59,704 nt of DNA from Promethearchaeota archaeon (GCA_048939245.1 JBHLPR010000010.1:1-59704), one strand, 5' to 3'; counted from the stretch's first letter, positions 1 to 10,592 are shown. Numbers and translations are program-made. Notes: generated from the sequence alone by a model not told the origin.

Positions 1-505
1 GATCTGTAATAATTTGTGGGACTGGAATTGACACACTGAATAGATCCAAATTATTATTGATGTCGGTTTCAAGGACGCCATGACCTGGCCAGTTCACATC
101 TGTATGAACGGGGATGTGTGGGTCCGCAAAATAATGGCTCATGACGCCTCCTGCAAACATTCCTTCTTGCCAATTTCCCATTGAAAAGTTATTGACCATG
201 TACCCAAACCAGCGTTCGGTCGCAATATGTGCTGTATATTCATCTGTTACAGGATAGTACAAATGGTTGTCCCAATCTTGCCATACCACATCAGGAGTAA
301 TTGCTCCGGATTTGAGCTCACTGGCAAAGAATTCGAATGCGTCTTTCCAATCGCCACTGGGTAGATTGTCAATGGCAATGTCTGTGATCCACATATGGGT
401 GGCTAGTCCCCAGGCACGAGACGTGGGAATATTAGGCGTGATTAGAATTAATCCAAAGCCCATGATGGCGACTAATAGGATTAGTTTTGAAGTTCGTTTC
501 TTCAT
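1..505 (-). CDS. Secreted zinc-dependent phospholipase C / S1-P1 nuclease-fold protein (partial, runs off the left edge)
   Basis: Not in the ORF track; translated by hand from ATG at 505: MKKRTSKLILLVAIMGFGLILITPNIPTSRA-WGLATH...TPD...NH...SHYFADPHIPVH...GHGVLE. Signal peptide, mature N-terminal W-x4-H, and H-x3-D-x5-H and H-x3-E zinc ligands fit this fold. Confidence 0.75.
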   Translation of the reverse strand, partial: MKKRTSKLILLVAIMGFGLILITPNIPTSRAWGLATHMWITDIAIDNLPSGDWKDAFEFFASELKSGAITPDVVWQDWDNHLYYPVTDEYTAHIATERWFGYMVNNFSMGNWQEGMFAGGVMSHYFADPHIPVHTDVNWPGHGVLETDINNNLDLFSVSIPVPQIITD

Positions 506-663
506 GACATTCAGCTTCCTTGGATGCAACCGGCTTTCTTCGAGGTGTTCTTGCATAAATATCCTCTGTCTCACCTAAATAATTTTGAATTACATTATTT
601 TTAATAAAAAACGAAAGGTCTAAAGGAAACTTAGGCAGCAGAATGACCTATTAGGGTGATTGC

Positions 664-1797
664 ATGGAAACTCGATGGGCTGATTTTGGATACATAGGCA
701 GCATACTTCTCTTCCTCTACGGCCTTCTCTTCTTCATAGCGTATAATCTCTCCCCAGTTCTCTTAGGGACTCTGGGTGGTACTATTGTATCCGTCTTACT
801 TGGGTTACTCGCGTTTTTTGGAGGCATCCTATTCAGTTGTGCGTTTTTTGCCTTCGGAACTGAATTGAAGGTATCAGGGGCGTGGCTCCCTTTTCTCACT
901 GGAATAATTATTTGGGCTGTTCAAGGCGTTGCGCAGATTCTGGTGGGTTTCAATCATCCAGTTGGCATCACATTATATGGATGGACCGTTATTCTTCTTG
1001 TCCTACTTTTTTTTATCTGGGGTGCGTTTCTATTTACCATGCGAAAACTGTTGGGACGGAAAAGCCGGTTAGGCTTATTTGCATCAATTCTTTTTTTAAT
1101 TAATGGCTTGGGGTGGTTGAGCGTTTTAGGGTTTGGTATCCTTGCGTGCACGATGGTGCTAATGGCAACCATATTAGCCCCAGAAAAACAACTATTTTCC
1201 CTCTTCAGTCTGCGTGACTTATTCTCTCAGACCCGTAAATCCACTCTAGCTCATCTGGGAGGGCTTATATTGACCCTTTACTCAATCATCGCTCTTAAAT
1301 GGGAGATTAATGGGTTCTTCCCTCTCCCAGTCTTACCCGCAGCGATTCTGAATTTCATTAGTGTGCTTGCGATCTGGATAGCCGTGCCAGCGCTTATCCT
1401 CTTGTTTCTTAACATTGAAGAACAGTATAATAATCCCTTCTCCTACTATGCTATTGTTGTCGGTGCACCTGCTTTACTCTTGCTCAGTGTCACCGATTTT
1501 ACATGGCTGATGAGCAATATCAATGTCTTTGTTGATCCTGTGTGGGGACTTGAACAATACAATACGTTACCTTTAATCTGGAGTTGGAGCAATATCCTCC
1601 TTTTCCTTTGGTGCTTACTCGCCGCGATTGCATTTCTGCAATTATACCGGCTACCACAAAATAAAGGTGACTTCGGTTTTCTCCTTATACACTTGGGGTT
1701 TTTGGTGACTGCAATCCTCTGGGTTTTTGGAATCGGTTACCTCGCGCTAATTGTGGTGGGGGTGCTCTTGTACCGAAAGAAATTCGTTAAGCGTTAA
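664..1797 (+). CDS. Multi-pass membrane protein of unknown function
   Basis: 377 aa ORF with about 10 hydrophobic segments; the two halves look loosely similar. Confidence 0.75.
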   Translation: METRWADFGYIGSILLFLYGLLFFIAYNLSPVLLGTLGGTIVSVLLGLLAFFGGILFSCAFFAFGTELKVSGAWLPFLTGIIIWAVQGVAQILVGFNHPVGITLYGWTVILLVLLFFIWGAFLFTMRKLLGRKSRLGLFASILFLINGLGWLSVLGFGILACTMVLMATILAPEKQLFSLFSLRDLFSQTRKSTLAHLGGLILTLYSIIALKWEINGFFPLPVLPAAILNFISVLAIWIAVPALILLFLNIEEQYNNPFSYYAIVVGAPALLLLSVTDFTWLMSNINVFVDPVWGLEQYNTLPLIWSWSNILLFLWCLLAAIAFLQLYRLPQNKGDFGFLLIHLGFLVTAILWVFGIGYLALIVVGVLLYRKKFVKR

Positions 1798-1903
1798 GTA
1801 GTTCGTATAGCGATAACTTCGTATATTCTAATCAAAAATAGTTTGTATCGACTATTAGTGAAATAAAATGGTAAATGGCTAAAAATCAATTTAGGTGTAT
1901 GAG

Positions 1904-1941
1904 AAAAAAAAGGAAGGGTGGGAAGCGGAATTACCGCTTCC
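1904..1941 (-). terminator. Hairpin + oligo-U terminator of the 1931-3271 gene
   Basis: GGAAGCGG(1921-28)/CCGCTTCC(1934-41) stem around the stop codon, then a T-run on the minus strand (A-run 1904-1911). Confidence 0.55.
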
Positions 1942-3271
1942 GACGACGATAGTAGAAGCCCACGCCAAGTGCCATTGCTGCACCAATCGCGATTGCTGCG
2001 ATTGGGAAGCCCGGAATAGGAGGCGCAGGTGCGCTAATCCGGATGGTCTCTGTGGCACTCCATGCGCTGTCTTGGCTCAAATCATCAGTGGCTCGAACCC
2101 GAATGTAGTAATCGCCTGCTGCGTCAAAGGTTGCTGTGTACACATTGGTGGTTTCAGTGGAGGAGTCAATGACATCAGTAAAAGCGTCGTCTGTAGCAAT
2201 TTCAATGTCATATGAAACCACAGGGAATCCCTTTTGATCCGTAGTGGCAGTCCAGTTAAGTTCTACGTCACCAACGGGGAAGGGTACAGCGACATCGTAG
2301 TCAAAGACAGTTGGAGCATCAGGATCAGGGCGAGTAGAGACTTGCATACCCCAATCAATGGCTTGCACAACAAAGGCTTCGCCATCAAGTGGAACGCTGT
2401 AGTACACATCAGTATACATGGGTTGATAGTCACCGTAGGGTGATGCACCGCTGAGAATGATTTTGTTGTCGCCTGCGGGTCCTGCCCATTGCTCTGCTGC
2501 CATCATAACCCAACTCCCGGTATAGCCCTCTTTGTGGACTACGGAAGTTACGAGTGGATTGGCTTCGATGATAAGACCAGCCAAGCTGGTTCTAATGATT
2601 GGATAGACACCAGGAACTGTAACATTTTCTAAAGCGACAGGAGTATCAGATGGATCGAGTGCATAAACACAAGAGGGTCCGTGGAATAGGATAGGATCGG
2701 TAATTCCTGTGTTGATGACATCAGCAACAGTGTTGCTTACCGTTTCGTTCGCCGCGACCCGATAAGCTGACGCACAATTCGATTGTGGGTCTTCAATTGA
2801 GTTCATTTCGAGGCGTAATCGGCTACCGATATTTTGTAGAATTGCTGTTATATTCTGGTTATGCCAGACATCACCAGCATAGTCTGAATCCCCTGAGAGC
2901 CAAAGGAATTTACTGCCAGTATCGAACCAAGTTTTAATGGCGGTTCGCACAGCAGGAGCGTTGGTCGCATTAAAGCCTTCGATACCTTCAGAACCATATG
3001 GGCTTGCCATGACTAGACCATCAACAGTAGCTAATATGCTTGAATTGACTGTTGTTGCATTCATTACTGTATATCCTAGAGCCACAAGGTCTTCAGTTAG
3101 ATTGGACAGAAGAGTCGTGCCCATGCCATACCCCGTTATGAATAGAATTGTCCCTGTGCCCGCAGGGGTGGGAACATCAGCAGCGACGAATTGTGGAGGT
3201 GCAGCAAAGAATGACGTTGTGCCAAGGAAGAACATTGTCAAGAATAGTAGGCCTAAAATTTTTCGATTCAA
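1931..3271 (-). CDS. Cell-surface protein with FN3-like domain and PGF-type C-terminal sorting signal
   Basis: Signal peptide; core with LWLSGDSDY and EDPQSNCASAYRV; FN3-like LNW...YYIRVRA...SAWS; ends PPIPGFP + TM + YYRRRKR. Confidence 0.75.
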   Translation of the reverse strand: MNRKILGLLFLTMFFLGTTSFFAAPPQFVAADVPTPAGTGTILFITGYGMGTTLLSNLTEDLVALGYTVMNATTVNSSILATVDGLVMASPYGSEGIEGFNATNAPAVRTAIKTWFDTGSKFLWLSGDSDYAGDVWHNQNITAILQNIGSRLRLEMNSIEDPQSNCASAYRVAANETVSNTVADVINTGITDPILFHGPSCVYALDPSDTPVALENVTVPGVYPIIRTSLAGLIIEANPLVTSVVHKEGYTGSWVMMAAEQWAGPAGDNKIILSGASPYGDYQPMYTDVYYSVPLDGEAFVVQAIDWGMQVSTRPDPDAPTVFDYDVAVPFPVGDVELNWTATTDQKGFPVVSYDIEIATDDAFTDVIDSSTETTNVYTATFDAAGDYYIRVRATDDLSQDSAWSATETIRISAPAPPIPGFPIAAIAIGAAMALGVGFYYRRRKR

Positions 3272-3468
3272 GATTTATTTTCACCTGCAGGATTTTTAAA
3301 TCCCTTAAAGGTTGAGTGAGATTGAATATAACTCTTATTTTAGGTTTTGGGATTTTTTCCCTTTTAAAACGTCTATTCGTAAACTATTGTTTTTCCGCTT
3401 TAGTTCTCATGCTGAAATATAGTAATATTCTTAAACTAATGATTTAAGGAGTGAGCTGAGGCAATCTC

Positions 3469-5622
3469 ATGAATCGAGCTCGAATATCTCAGACTTTAAT
3501 TGTTGGCTTCTTGTTGTTTATGTGCGTTTCATTTCTTGGTGTGAGCTTACCAGTTTTAACTGAAAATGAAACTATTCCTCAGACGGCTACGATGCCCGTT
3601 TCATTACCCGCTCCAATAAATGGAAAAATCATCTACCCCCGACAACATATACCTGCAATTATCCTAAATGGCTCACAGGTAGAACTTCAAATTAGAGCTC
3701 CAAGTAACATCACAACATGGGATGTCTCGCTTTATCGCGAATACCGTAATTACCCGCTATCTAATGGTCCTGCTGTATACAATGTCTCCACTAGTGTCTG
3801 GCGGCTTAATATCACCATTCCTCCTACTTGTATTAGCGATCTCTATGATTTGAATGTCACAATTTCTGATGGGCTAAATTGGCAAATTCTAATTGAATGG
3901 AATGCCATTCATGTACGCTATGAGTTTCCCACCGACCCCCTCATCTATCATATTTCTGATTTGCATGTTGGGCAAGGATTAGCAGATCAAATACGTTCAA
4001 TCCGGGCTAGCCTATATGAGGCTGCTATGGCTGGTGCTGACCTAATCATTGCAACTGGTGATCTGACCGATATGGGAACTAATGCTTATATTATGGACTT
4101 TAAGGAGTTGATGCGCAACTCTCGAGTGCCTTTTGTAGTATGTCCTGGGAATCATGACCGTCTTGGAGATACCTATGCAGTTTACATAAGCCAATTTGGC
4201 ACTGACTATTATACGTTTAATCTGGGTCCGGATATCTTTATTGTGATGGCGAATTCGCATCATAGTCCATATGAATTTAATGATACGCAACTTGGATGGA
4301 TTGAAAGGGATTTTGCTGCCAGTAATGCGAAACTCAAAATTATGGGTGCACATGCCCCACTTATGAACCCAGAAACTTTTGCTTATTTTCTAACCCAATG
4401 GGATCGCGAAGAGCTCCAGCGAATCTTTGACACCTATAATGTGAGTGTCTATCTTAATGGTCATCTTCACGGGGATTTAGTCAATGTCATAAACAACACC
4501 TACTGGATACAGACATCTCCTGCTGGGGGTTCAATTCGTATGTATGATCCCGTATGGTGTCATGGGCAACGTGCGTTACGTCCTTTGAAGTTCATAAATT
4601 ATGAACTGACATCTTGGAGTTGGCAGAATCTGAATCTTTCTCAACCCATCGACGCTCTCTATATTAAGCGGGCACCAGTAGAATATGTGGATGCTGATAT
4701 TGGAGCTTACTTTTCTGTGAATAACACTCTGGGCTATTCGGTGACAGGCCAAATCGTCGATATTTTGGTTGAACCACTTCCTGGACCTGAAGTTTATCGA
4801 AGCAGTGGTGCTACAGTCCTTGAGACAGTGAATGGCACTGATGCCTGGTTAATTCGTTTTTCCCTCGATGTAGCTGATGGAGAGTTGGTTGTCATTCGGG
4901 TGTTTACTAGTAATGCTCAAGCCCCTTCCATTTCAAATGTTGACTATCCTGCAACTGCAATGATACAAAATCTTGTATTCATATACGCTGATGTGACGAG
5001 CCCGTTTAGTGGCATATTTTTTGTCTCGATTAACATCTCCCTTGCGGGGGGTCCTTTCCTTTCTTATTCCATGTCTATGGCTGGAGTTGACCGTTATCGA
5101 TATTACGTCTATCTTTTGTTGCCAGGTGAATACCAGTTCGCCATTACAGCTGCTGATTATGCAGGCTATGAGGTAACTTCGTCCGTTTACTCATTCACTG
5201 TAAGTCAACAAGTGCCTTCTGCTCCTGAGCTCAGAGAATTGAATGATGTCTCTGAGACGGGGAACTTCACCCTGATATGGACCTCCAGTTCTGATCCAGA
5301 TGGTTCGATTGACCATTATACTCTTCAAATGTCGAATACCAGTGATTTCACAGCGATTTTAAATCAACAGAATACAACGGAGTTAAATTATGCTATCTCT
5401 GGATTAACTAATGGCGTTTACTACTTCCGTGTGTGTGGAGTAGATAACTTAGGTGCTCAGAGCGCTTGGAGCAATGTTGAAAGTATTTCAGTTGAACTTC
5501 CTGGTGGTACAACGACAACACCGCCACCACCAATCCCTGGATTTCCTGCCCTTGCCATCGCTATTGGCATTATTCTCGCGACTGCTATTGGAATCATAAC
5601 GCGACGGAGACGACCTGATTAA
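3469..5622 (+). CDS. Surface calcineurin-like metallophosphoesterase with FN3 domain and PGF-type sorting signal
   Basis: Motifs SDLH, TGDLTD, PGNHD, AH and GHLH; FN3 YYFRVCG..SAWS; ends PPIPGFP + TM + RRRR. Confidence 0.85.
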   Translation: MNRARISQTLIVGFLLFMCVSFLGVSLPVLTENETIPQTATMPVSLPAPINGKIIYPRQHIPAIILNGSQVELQIRAPSNITTWDVSLYREYRNYPLSNGPAVYNVSTSVWRLNITIPPTCISDLYDLNVTISDGLNWQILIEWNAIHVRYEFPTDPLIYHISDLHVGQGLADQIRSIRASLYEAAMAGADLIIATGDLTDMGTNAYIMDFKELMRNSRVPFVVCPGNHDRLGDTYAVYISQFGTDYYTFNLGPDIFIVMANSHHSPYEFNDTQLGWIERDFAASNAKLKIMGAHAPLMNPETFAYFLTQWDREELQRIFDTYNVSVYLNGHLHGDLVNVINNTYWIQTSPAGGSIRMYDPVWCHGQRALRPLKFINYELTSWSWQNLNLSQPIDALYIKRAPVEYVDADIGAYFSVNNTLGYSVTGQIVDILVEPLPGPEVYRSSGATVLETVNGTDAWLIRFSLDVADGELVVIRVFTSNAQAPSISNVDYPATAMIQNLVFIYADVTSPFSGIFFVSINISLAGGPFLSYSMSMAGVDRYRYYVYLLLPGEYQFAITAADYAGYEVTSSVYSFTVSQQVPSAPELRELNDVSETGNFTLIWTSSSDPDGSIDHYTLQMSNTSDFTAILNQQNTTELNYAISGLTNGVYYFRVCGVDNLGAQSAWSNVESISVELPGGTTTTPPPPIPGFPALAIAIGIILATAIGIITRRRRPD

Positions 5623-5812
5623 CCTTTAAAATTTATTAACTACGTTGCAATTCAATTCGTTAGTATAATATAAATTCAAATGCTACTCTATGTATTAATA
5701 TTATAGTAAACTAACGGAAAAGGTAAAAGGGGGGACTCGGATATTGCTGCTAGAACCCTAATGTAATAGTGTTCGCACTATTGCATTGGGAATAATAGAG
5801 TGTGTTTTGCTT

Positions 5813-7255
5813 ATGGCTGAAAAAACCTCTATACTGAGTCAAAAAGGCATCATCGTGATTGTGGTAATAGTTATCATCGTCGTTGGTACGGTTGGGGCTT
5901 GGTGGTTTTTTATACCGAAGGGTCCTCTACCTGATGGTAACGGTAATGGTGACGGTGAACACATAACACTAAAAATTATTACACGTCACGACTCTACAAT
6001 ACAAATCAAAATGGAACAAGCATTCTTAGCATCACAACAGGCTCAGGATCATAATATCACTGATATTTCGTGGACACAACCAGCTGAATCGTTTTGGCCA
6101 ACAGTGATACCTACTGTAATGCCTGATGTTGCTTGGGGCGGTGGTCCTCCACTATTTGACACGTTAGTAGATCTTGGTTTGATTGCCAAATTAAATAGCA
6201 CCTTAATGCTTGACGTATTGTCACGTGTTAATGATACACTAGGTGGAGCCACCATGAAACGAGTAGACGGCGATGGGGATTACGTTTGGGCAGCTGCAGC
6301 AATCAGTTCATTCGGTTTTACCATTAATACTGCATGGCTTGCGGATAAAGGTCTGCCCGAACCTACAACTTGGGAGAATCTCTCAAGCTCTGAGTTTGGA
6401 AGCCTTCTTCCAATTCCTTCTATCGCAATGGGAAATGCCCCTGGTACAACGAGTAACACTCGTATCTACAACATCATTTTACAGAAATTTGGTTTTACCA
6501 AAGGTTGGGAAATTCTCTCACGAATGGCAGGAAATTCTGAAATTCGAGCGGGCTCTGTTGAGGTTCAAAGTGCTGTTGAAAACGGTGAAGTCGGAGTCTC
6601 AATGTCTATTGATTTCTATGGCTATACCAGTGCTCTACGTAATCCTGACACACAGTATATTATTCCTGCTAATGGTTCCATCATTAATGGTGACCCTATT
6701 GCTATTTGCACTACTGCGGCTCATCCAGAGGCATCCGAAGCTTTTCTGGATTGGGTTCTAAGCTGCGAGGGTCAGAAGTGGTGGTTATTAGAGGAAATTA
6801 ATCGAATGCCTGTTCTCGAATGTGCGTTCTGGGCTGACCAAGCAGATCCAGTTAATCCCTCAGGTGCCAGAGACGATCTCTATGCATTCTACAATTCAAC
6901 GATTGAAAACTTGAGTATCGATTTTGACGACGATTTGGAATCCTCATACCATTATTCAATGCTATACTATTTTGAAGCTGTTATTACCAACGCCCATACT
7001 TCATTAGTGTCCTGTTGGAATAAATTGATTGATGCCCTTGACGGGGCATTAATTAACCAAGCCCAATTTGATGCATTTGCGGCTCAAATGGCAAATGTTA
7101 CCTGGGGCACTGACCAGTGGTTCTCAGAAGCTTATGCAATTTCAATCAATGATCAAATGCGCACATCTTCCTCCTTCCGCGCTAGCCAGCAGAGTACTTG
7201 GACTTCAGCAGCAGAAACCCATTACGCAGCTGTTGAAGCCTTAATACCTCCTTAA
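5813..7255 (+). CDS. ABC transporter substrate-binding protein (Fe3+/thiamine/AfuA-like class)
   Basis: N-terminal TM anchor; DVAWGGG, P.TWENL, IDFYG and NGDPIAI motifs; first gene of a SBP-permease-ATPase run. ATG 5813 preferred over TTG 5786. Confidence 0.85.
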   Translation: MAEKTSILSQKGIIVIVVIVIIVVGTVGAWWFFIPKGPLPDGNGNGDGEHITLKIITRHDSTIQIKMEQAFLASQQAQDHNITDISWTQPAESFWPTVIPTVMPDVAWGGGPPLFDTLVDLGLIAKLNSTLMLDVLSRVNDTLGGATMKRVDGDGDYVWAAAAISSFGFTINTAWLADKGLPEPTTWENLSSSEFGSLLPIPSIAMGNAPGTTSNTRIYNIILQKFGFTKGWEILSRMAGNSEIRAGSVEVQSAVENGEVGVSMSIDFYGYTSALRNPDTQYIIPANGSIINGDPIAICTTAAHPEASEAFLDWVLSCEGQKWWLLEEINRMPVLECAFWADQADPVNPSGARDDLYAFYNSTIENLSIDFDDDLESSYHYSMLYYFEAVITNAHTSLVSCWNKLIDALDGALINQAQFDAFAAQMANVTWGTDQWFSEAYAISINDQMRTSSSFRASQQSTWTSAAETHYAAVEALIPP

Positions 7256-7265
7256 TGAAATAATA

Positions 7266-7312
7266 GTGGAACACTTTCCCCTATTGGGATGTGTCCCACC
7301 TTTTCTTTTTTT
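7266..7312 (+). terminator. Hairpin + U-tract between SBP and permease genes
   Basis: GTGGAACAC...GTGTCCCAC stem followed by TTTTCTTTTTTT. Confidence 0.55.
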
Positions 7313-7384
7313 AACAAAGCTGTGAATTTTTAAGGAAGGACGTACTACACTTCATGTTCTTAAATCCGAATCATAACTTCTGAT

Positions 7385-9442
7385 ATGGTGATCAGATTGG
7401 GTGAACCTGAATCTACAAATCACCAAAAAACTCGTGAGGAATCCCTTGAAGAATTACTCGGATTTGGAGCTACGATTAGATTAAAAGCTCAATCCATTAA
7501 ACAGGACATTATAAATAAGACTATTCAACTCTATCGAGAACTCGACTATTTATCAACAACCCAGCTTTCTGCTATTCTCATTTTGTTCAGTATTTTTCTT
7601 GTTTTTCCTATTGGATATGTTATGATTTCGGCGTTCATCGGCCCAGTTCTGATTTATAATCCCGTGACGGGTATGATTGAGGAAATTCAATCTTGGTCGC
7701 TGTTTTGGTTTCAACTTCTTTTAGATGACCAATATTATTTTCCGCTCTATTTCATTCAGACAATAAGTAATAATCCAGTTCATATCCATCCGCTAGGTTA
7801 CTATTTTCGAGTACGAGGACTTGTGTATGAACTGGTTGAAGTGGGTGTAGATGAATATGCCCTGCTCATTCAAGGCGTTGATATGGGCGTGATCATGAAC
7901 TCGATTTATTCCGCCTTGCTCACCACCGCTTTCTCTACAATCATTGGTGTAACATTGGCTTTCATTATGGCTCGTTATGATTTCCGAGGAAAAACGATTC
8001 TCCGGACATTATTGTTAATCCCGCTTCTCGCAATTCCCTTCGTCGGGGCTATCGGTATTCAGCGAATGCTGGCACTTGATGGAACGATCAATAATCTCTT
8101 CTGGCGCTACCTTGGAGTGTGGCCTTTCAGAATATTGATTGATGGTCTTGCTGCCGTTATCTTAATTCAAACCCTGCACTTTTTCTCATTAACCTATCTT
8201 TCATCGTATTCGGCTTTTCAAAATATTGATCCCACTCTCGAAGAATCCGCAGAGAATATGGGTGCAAAAGGGTTTACATTATTTAGAAAAGTCACTCTGC
8301 CCCTAGCACTACCTGGAATCGAGGCGGGAGCTATACTTGTCTTCATCATGAGCATTGAAGACTTAGGTACACTTTTAGTGTATCAGGGTTCAACCCAGGT
8401 GCGAAAAACGCTTACCTATGCGATCTTTACTCATATTTTTGCCCCTGACGGAACCGTGGAAGGAATCGCGACAGCCATGGGTGTTATGCTCTTGCTGATT
8501 GCGATAATTGGCTTCATTTTCATACGTCGCTATATGTCTCTCCGGAATTATGCCATGCTTAGCAAGGGTGGGACCTGGAATCCGAGGCTTTCTCAATCGA
8601 AATGGTTCCATTATATCCTCTTCTATGGCTTCATCATCGCTCTACTCTCTGTTGCGTTATTACCTCATATTGGTGTCTTTCTACTAGCGCATGCCGTACC
8701 GGGGACATGGGGCACTTTTGTGATAATACCTCAGCTTTGGTTAGGTAATTGGTTAATAGTATTTACAGATCCCCAAATCTTTGGAGCAATTGTTAATAGT
8801 TTAGTGTACTCGTTGGTTGCTTGTGTAGTGATAGCTTTAATAGGGGTTAGTGCGGCGTATATTGTAGCAAGAAAGAACATACCAGGGAAAGACGCATTAG
8901 ATCTCCTGGTAACCATACCTATAGCTTTACCCGGAATTGTCATTGCTATTGGATTTCTAGTATTCTTTTCTAGGAATCCAATATTAAGCCCGGTTCTTAG
9001 TCCTGTCTTACCTGGAGCTGCCGCAATTCTGATCACAATGTCGTATACGGTGCGTAAAATGCCCTTCACGGTAAGGTCCGCATTTGCAGGATTACAGCAA
9101 ACACATGTTGAGTTAGAAGAAGCGGCTTATAATTTAGGTGCTGGGCGTCTTCGAACATTTGTTAGGATTGTCTTACCCTTGATTGGTGTAAGTATCTTGG
9201 CGGGCGTTATGATGTCATTTGTCTACTGTATGTCCGAAGTTTCAACTAGTATTGTGCTTGGGGATATTGATCAAGCTGCAGCGCCTATCACGTGGAAAAT
9301 GAACCAGTTGCTCTATGGGTTGGCTATGGGTCCATCTCTAGCTTCAGTTCTTGGTCTTATTCTTATGATACTCCAAACAATAGTACTGGCGACCACAAAT
9401 ACAATATTAAAGAAACGAACTTCAGCTATGATTGGGCTCTGA
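7385..9442 (+). CDS. ABC transporter permease (duplicated FbpB/ThiP type)
   Basis: Two EAA loops: LEESAENMGA and LEEAAYNLGA. Confidence 0.9.
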   Translation: MVIRLGEPESTNHQKTREESLEELLGFGATIRLKAQSIKQDIINKTIQLYRELDYLSTTQLSAILILFSIFLVFPIGYVMISAFIGPVLIYNPVTGMIEEIQSWSLFWFQLLLDDQYYFPLYFIQTISNNPVHIHPLGYYFRVRGLVYELVEVGVDEYALLIQGVDMGVIMNSIYSALLTTAFSTIIGVTLAFIMARYDFRGKTILRTLLLIPLLAIPFVGAIGIQRMLALDGTINNLFWRYLGVWPFRILIDGLAAVILIQTLHFFSLTYLSSYSAFQNIDPTLEESAENMGAKGFTLFRKVTLPLALPGIEAGAILVFIMSIEDLGTLLVYQGSTQVRKTLTYAIFTHIFAPDGTVEGIATAMGVMLLLIAIIGFIFIRRYMSLRNYAMLSKGGTWNPRLSQSKWFHYILFYGFIIALLSVALLPHIGVFLLAHAVPGTWGTFVIIPQLWLGNWLIVFTDPQIFGAIVNSLVYSLVACVVIALIGVSAAYIVARKNIPGKDALDLLVTIPIALPGIVIAIGFLVFFSRNPILSPVLSPVLPGAAAILITMSYTVRKMPFTVRSAFAGLQQTHVELEEAAYNLGAGRLRTFVRIVLPLIGVSILAGVMMSFVYCMSEVSTSIVLGDIDQAAAPITWKMNQLLYGLAMGPSLASVLGLILMILQTIVLATTNTILKKRTSAMIGL

Positions 9443-9461
9443 GTAACGAAGGTGAATAATA

Positions 9462-10592
9462 ATGGTTGAAATAAAATTGGAAGAAATAACAAAAACCTTC
9501 GGGGAAGTTGTGGCTGTTGATGATGTAACTATCGATATTGAAGAAGGGGAATTGTTTACATTACTTGGTCCTTCGGGTTGTGGGAAGACTACTCTTCTCC
9601 GAATAATAGCGGGTTTCTATTTTCCCGACAATGGTCGGGTCATGTTTGATGACCAAGACATTACTGGTCTACCTCCTTACAAGCGGGATACAGGGATGGT
9701 TTTTCAGAACTATGCCATTTGGCCTCATATGAAAATTTTTGATAATGTCGCCTTTGGATTACGCATTCGAAAACTCCCTGCTAAAGAAATCGAATCACGT
9801 GTTAATGAGATTCTCGAGATGGTTCGGCTTGGGGGGTTCGGAGATCGAACACCATTTCAACTCAGCGGTGGACAACAACAACGAGTAGCACTGGCTCGTG
9901 CTTTAGTGATCAATCCCAAAGTGCTGCTCCTCGATGAACCCCTTAGCAATCTGGATGCGAAATTACGACTGGAAATGCGGCATGAATTGATACATATTCA
10001 GAAGCAATTTGGAACTACCACGATTTATGTAACCCACGATCAGGAGGAGGCTTTGAGTATCTCAGACCGCATCGCAGTCATCGAACTTGGTAAGCTCATG
10101 CAGGTGGGGAATCCACGTGAAATTTATGAGGAACCACAAAATCTCTTTGTCGCTGACTTCATTGGTTCCTGCACCTTTTTCAATGGGAAAATTGTGAGCG
10201 CAAATGGAGGCAAACTTGTTATGAAAACCCCTTGGGGGCTCGAGCTTCAGGGACAATCCCCCAAGAAAGAAGCTGTCTTTGAGAAAGGGGATAAGGTGTT
10301 CGCGGCGATTCGCCCTGAGGACTTTAAAGTGCGGCAACCGTCAGCCGATGTCAACGTGATTCCGGGCAAGGTAAAGAGTGTGGTGTTCACAGGACGTTAT
10401 AATGATGTTCGTGCTGATATCGGGGCAACCACCCTCATTCAAGCCGAAGTGGATGCTTCTGCGTTTATCAAAAGGGGCGATGAACTCACATTGTACATCA
10501 AGCATAGCGATACCATAATTTTACCTGCTAAAGGAGATTCCTTCAGTGAACATATTGAAGGACTAATTAGTGGTGCATCAGCAGCCCAATAG
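9462..10592 (+). CDS. ABC transporter ATP-binding protein (PotA/FbpC type with TOBE tail)
   Basis: GPSGCGKT, LSGGQQQR, LLLDEP, THDQ. Confidence 0.95.
   Translation: MVEIKLEEITKTFGEVVAVDDVTIDIEEGELFTLLGPSGCGKTTLLRIIAGFYFPDNGRVMFDDQDITGLPPYKRDTGMVFQNYAIWPHMKIFDNVAFGLRIRKLPAKEIESRVNEILEMVRLGGFGDRTPFQLSGGQQQRVALARALVINPKVLLLDEPLSNLDAKLRLEMRHELIHIQKQFGTTTIYVTHDQEEALSISDRIAVIELGKLMQVGNPREIYEEPQNLFVADFIGSCTFFNGKIVSANGGKLVMKTPWGLELQGQSPKKEAVFEKGDKVFAAIRPEDFKVRQPSADVNVIPGKVKSVVFTGRYNDVRADIGATTLIQAEVDASAFIKRGDELTLYIKHSDTIILPAKGDSFSEHIEGLISGASAAQ

Noticed and set aside
1813-1825. ATAACTTCGTATA, an exact loxP 13-bp arm (TTCGTATA also occurs at 1802)
   Set aside because: No second inverted arm after an 8-bp spacer and no recombinase or vector sequence nearby; likely chance.
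5716-5734. GGAAAAGGTAAAAGGGGGG resembling the G-string of an ORB origin box
   Set aside because: Lacks the TTCCAGTGGAAAC core, is single copy, and there is no orc1/cdc6 gene.
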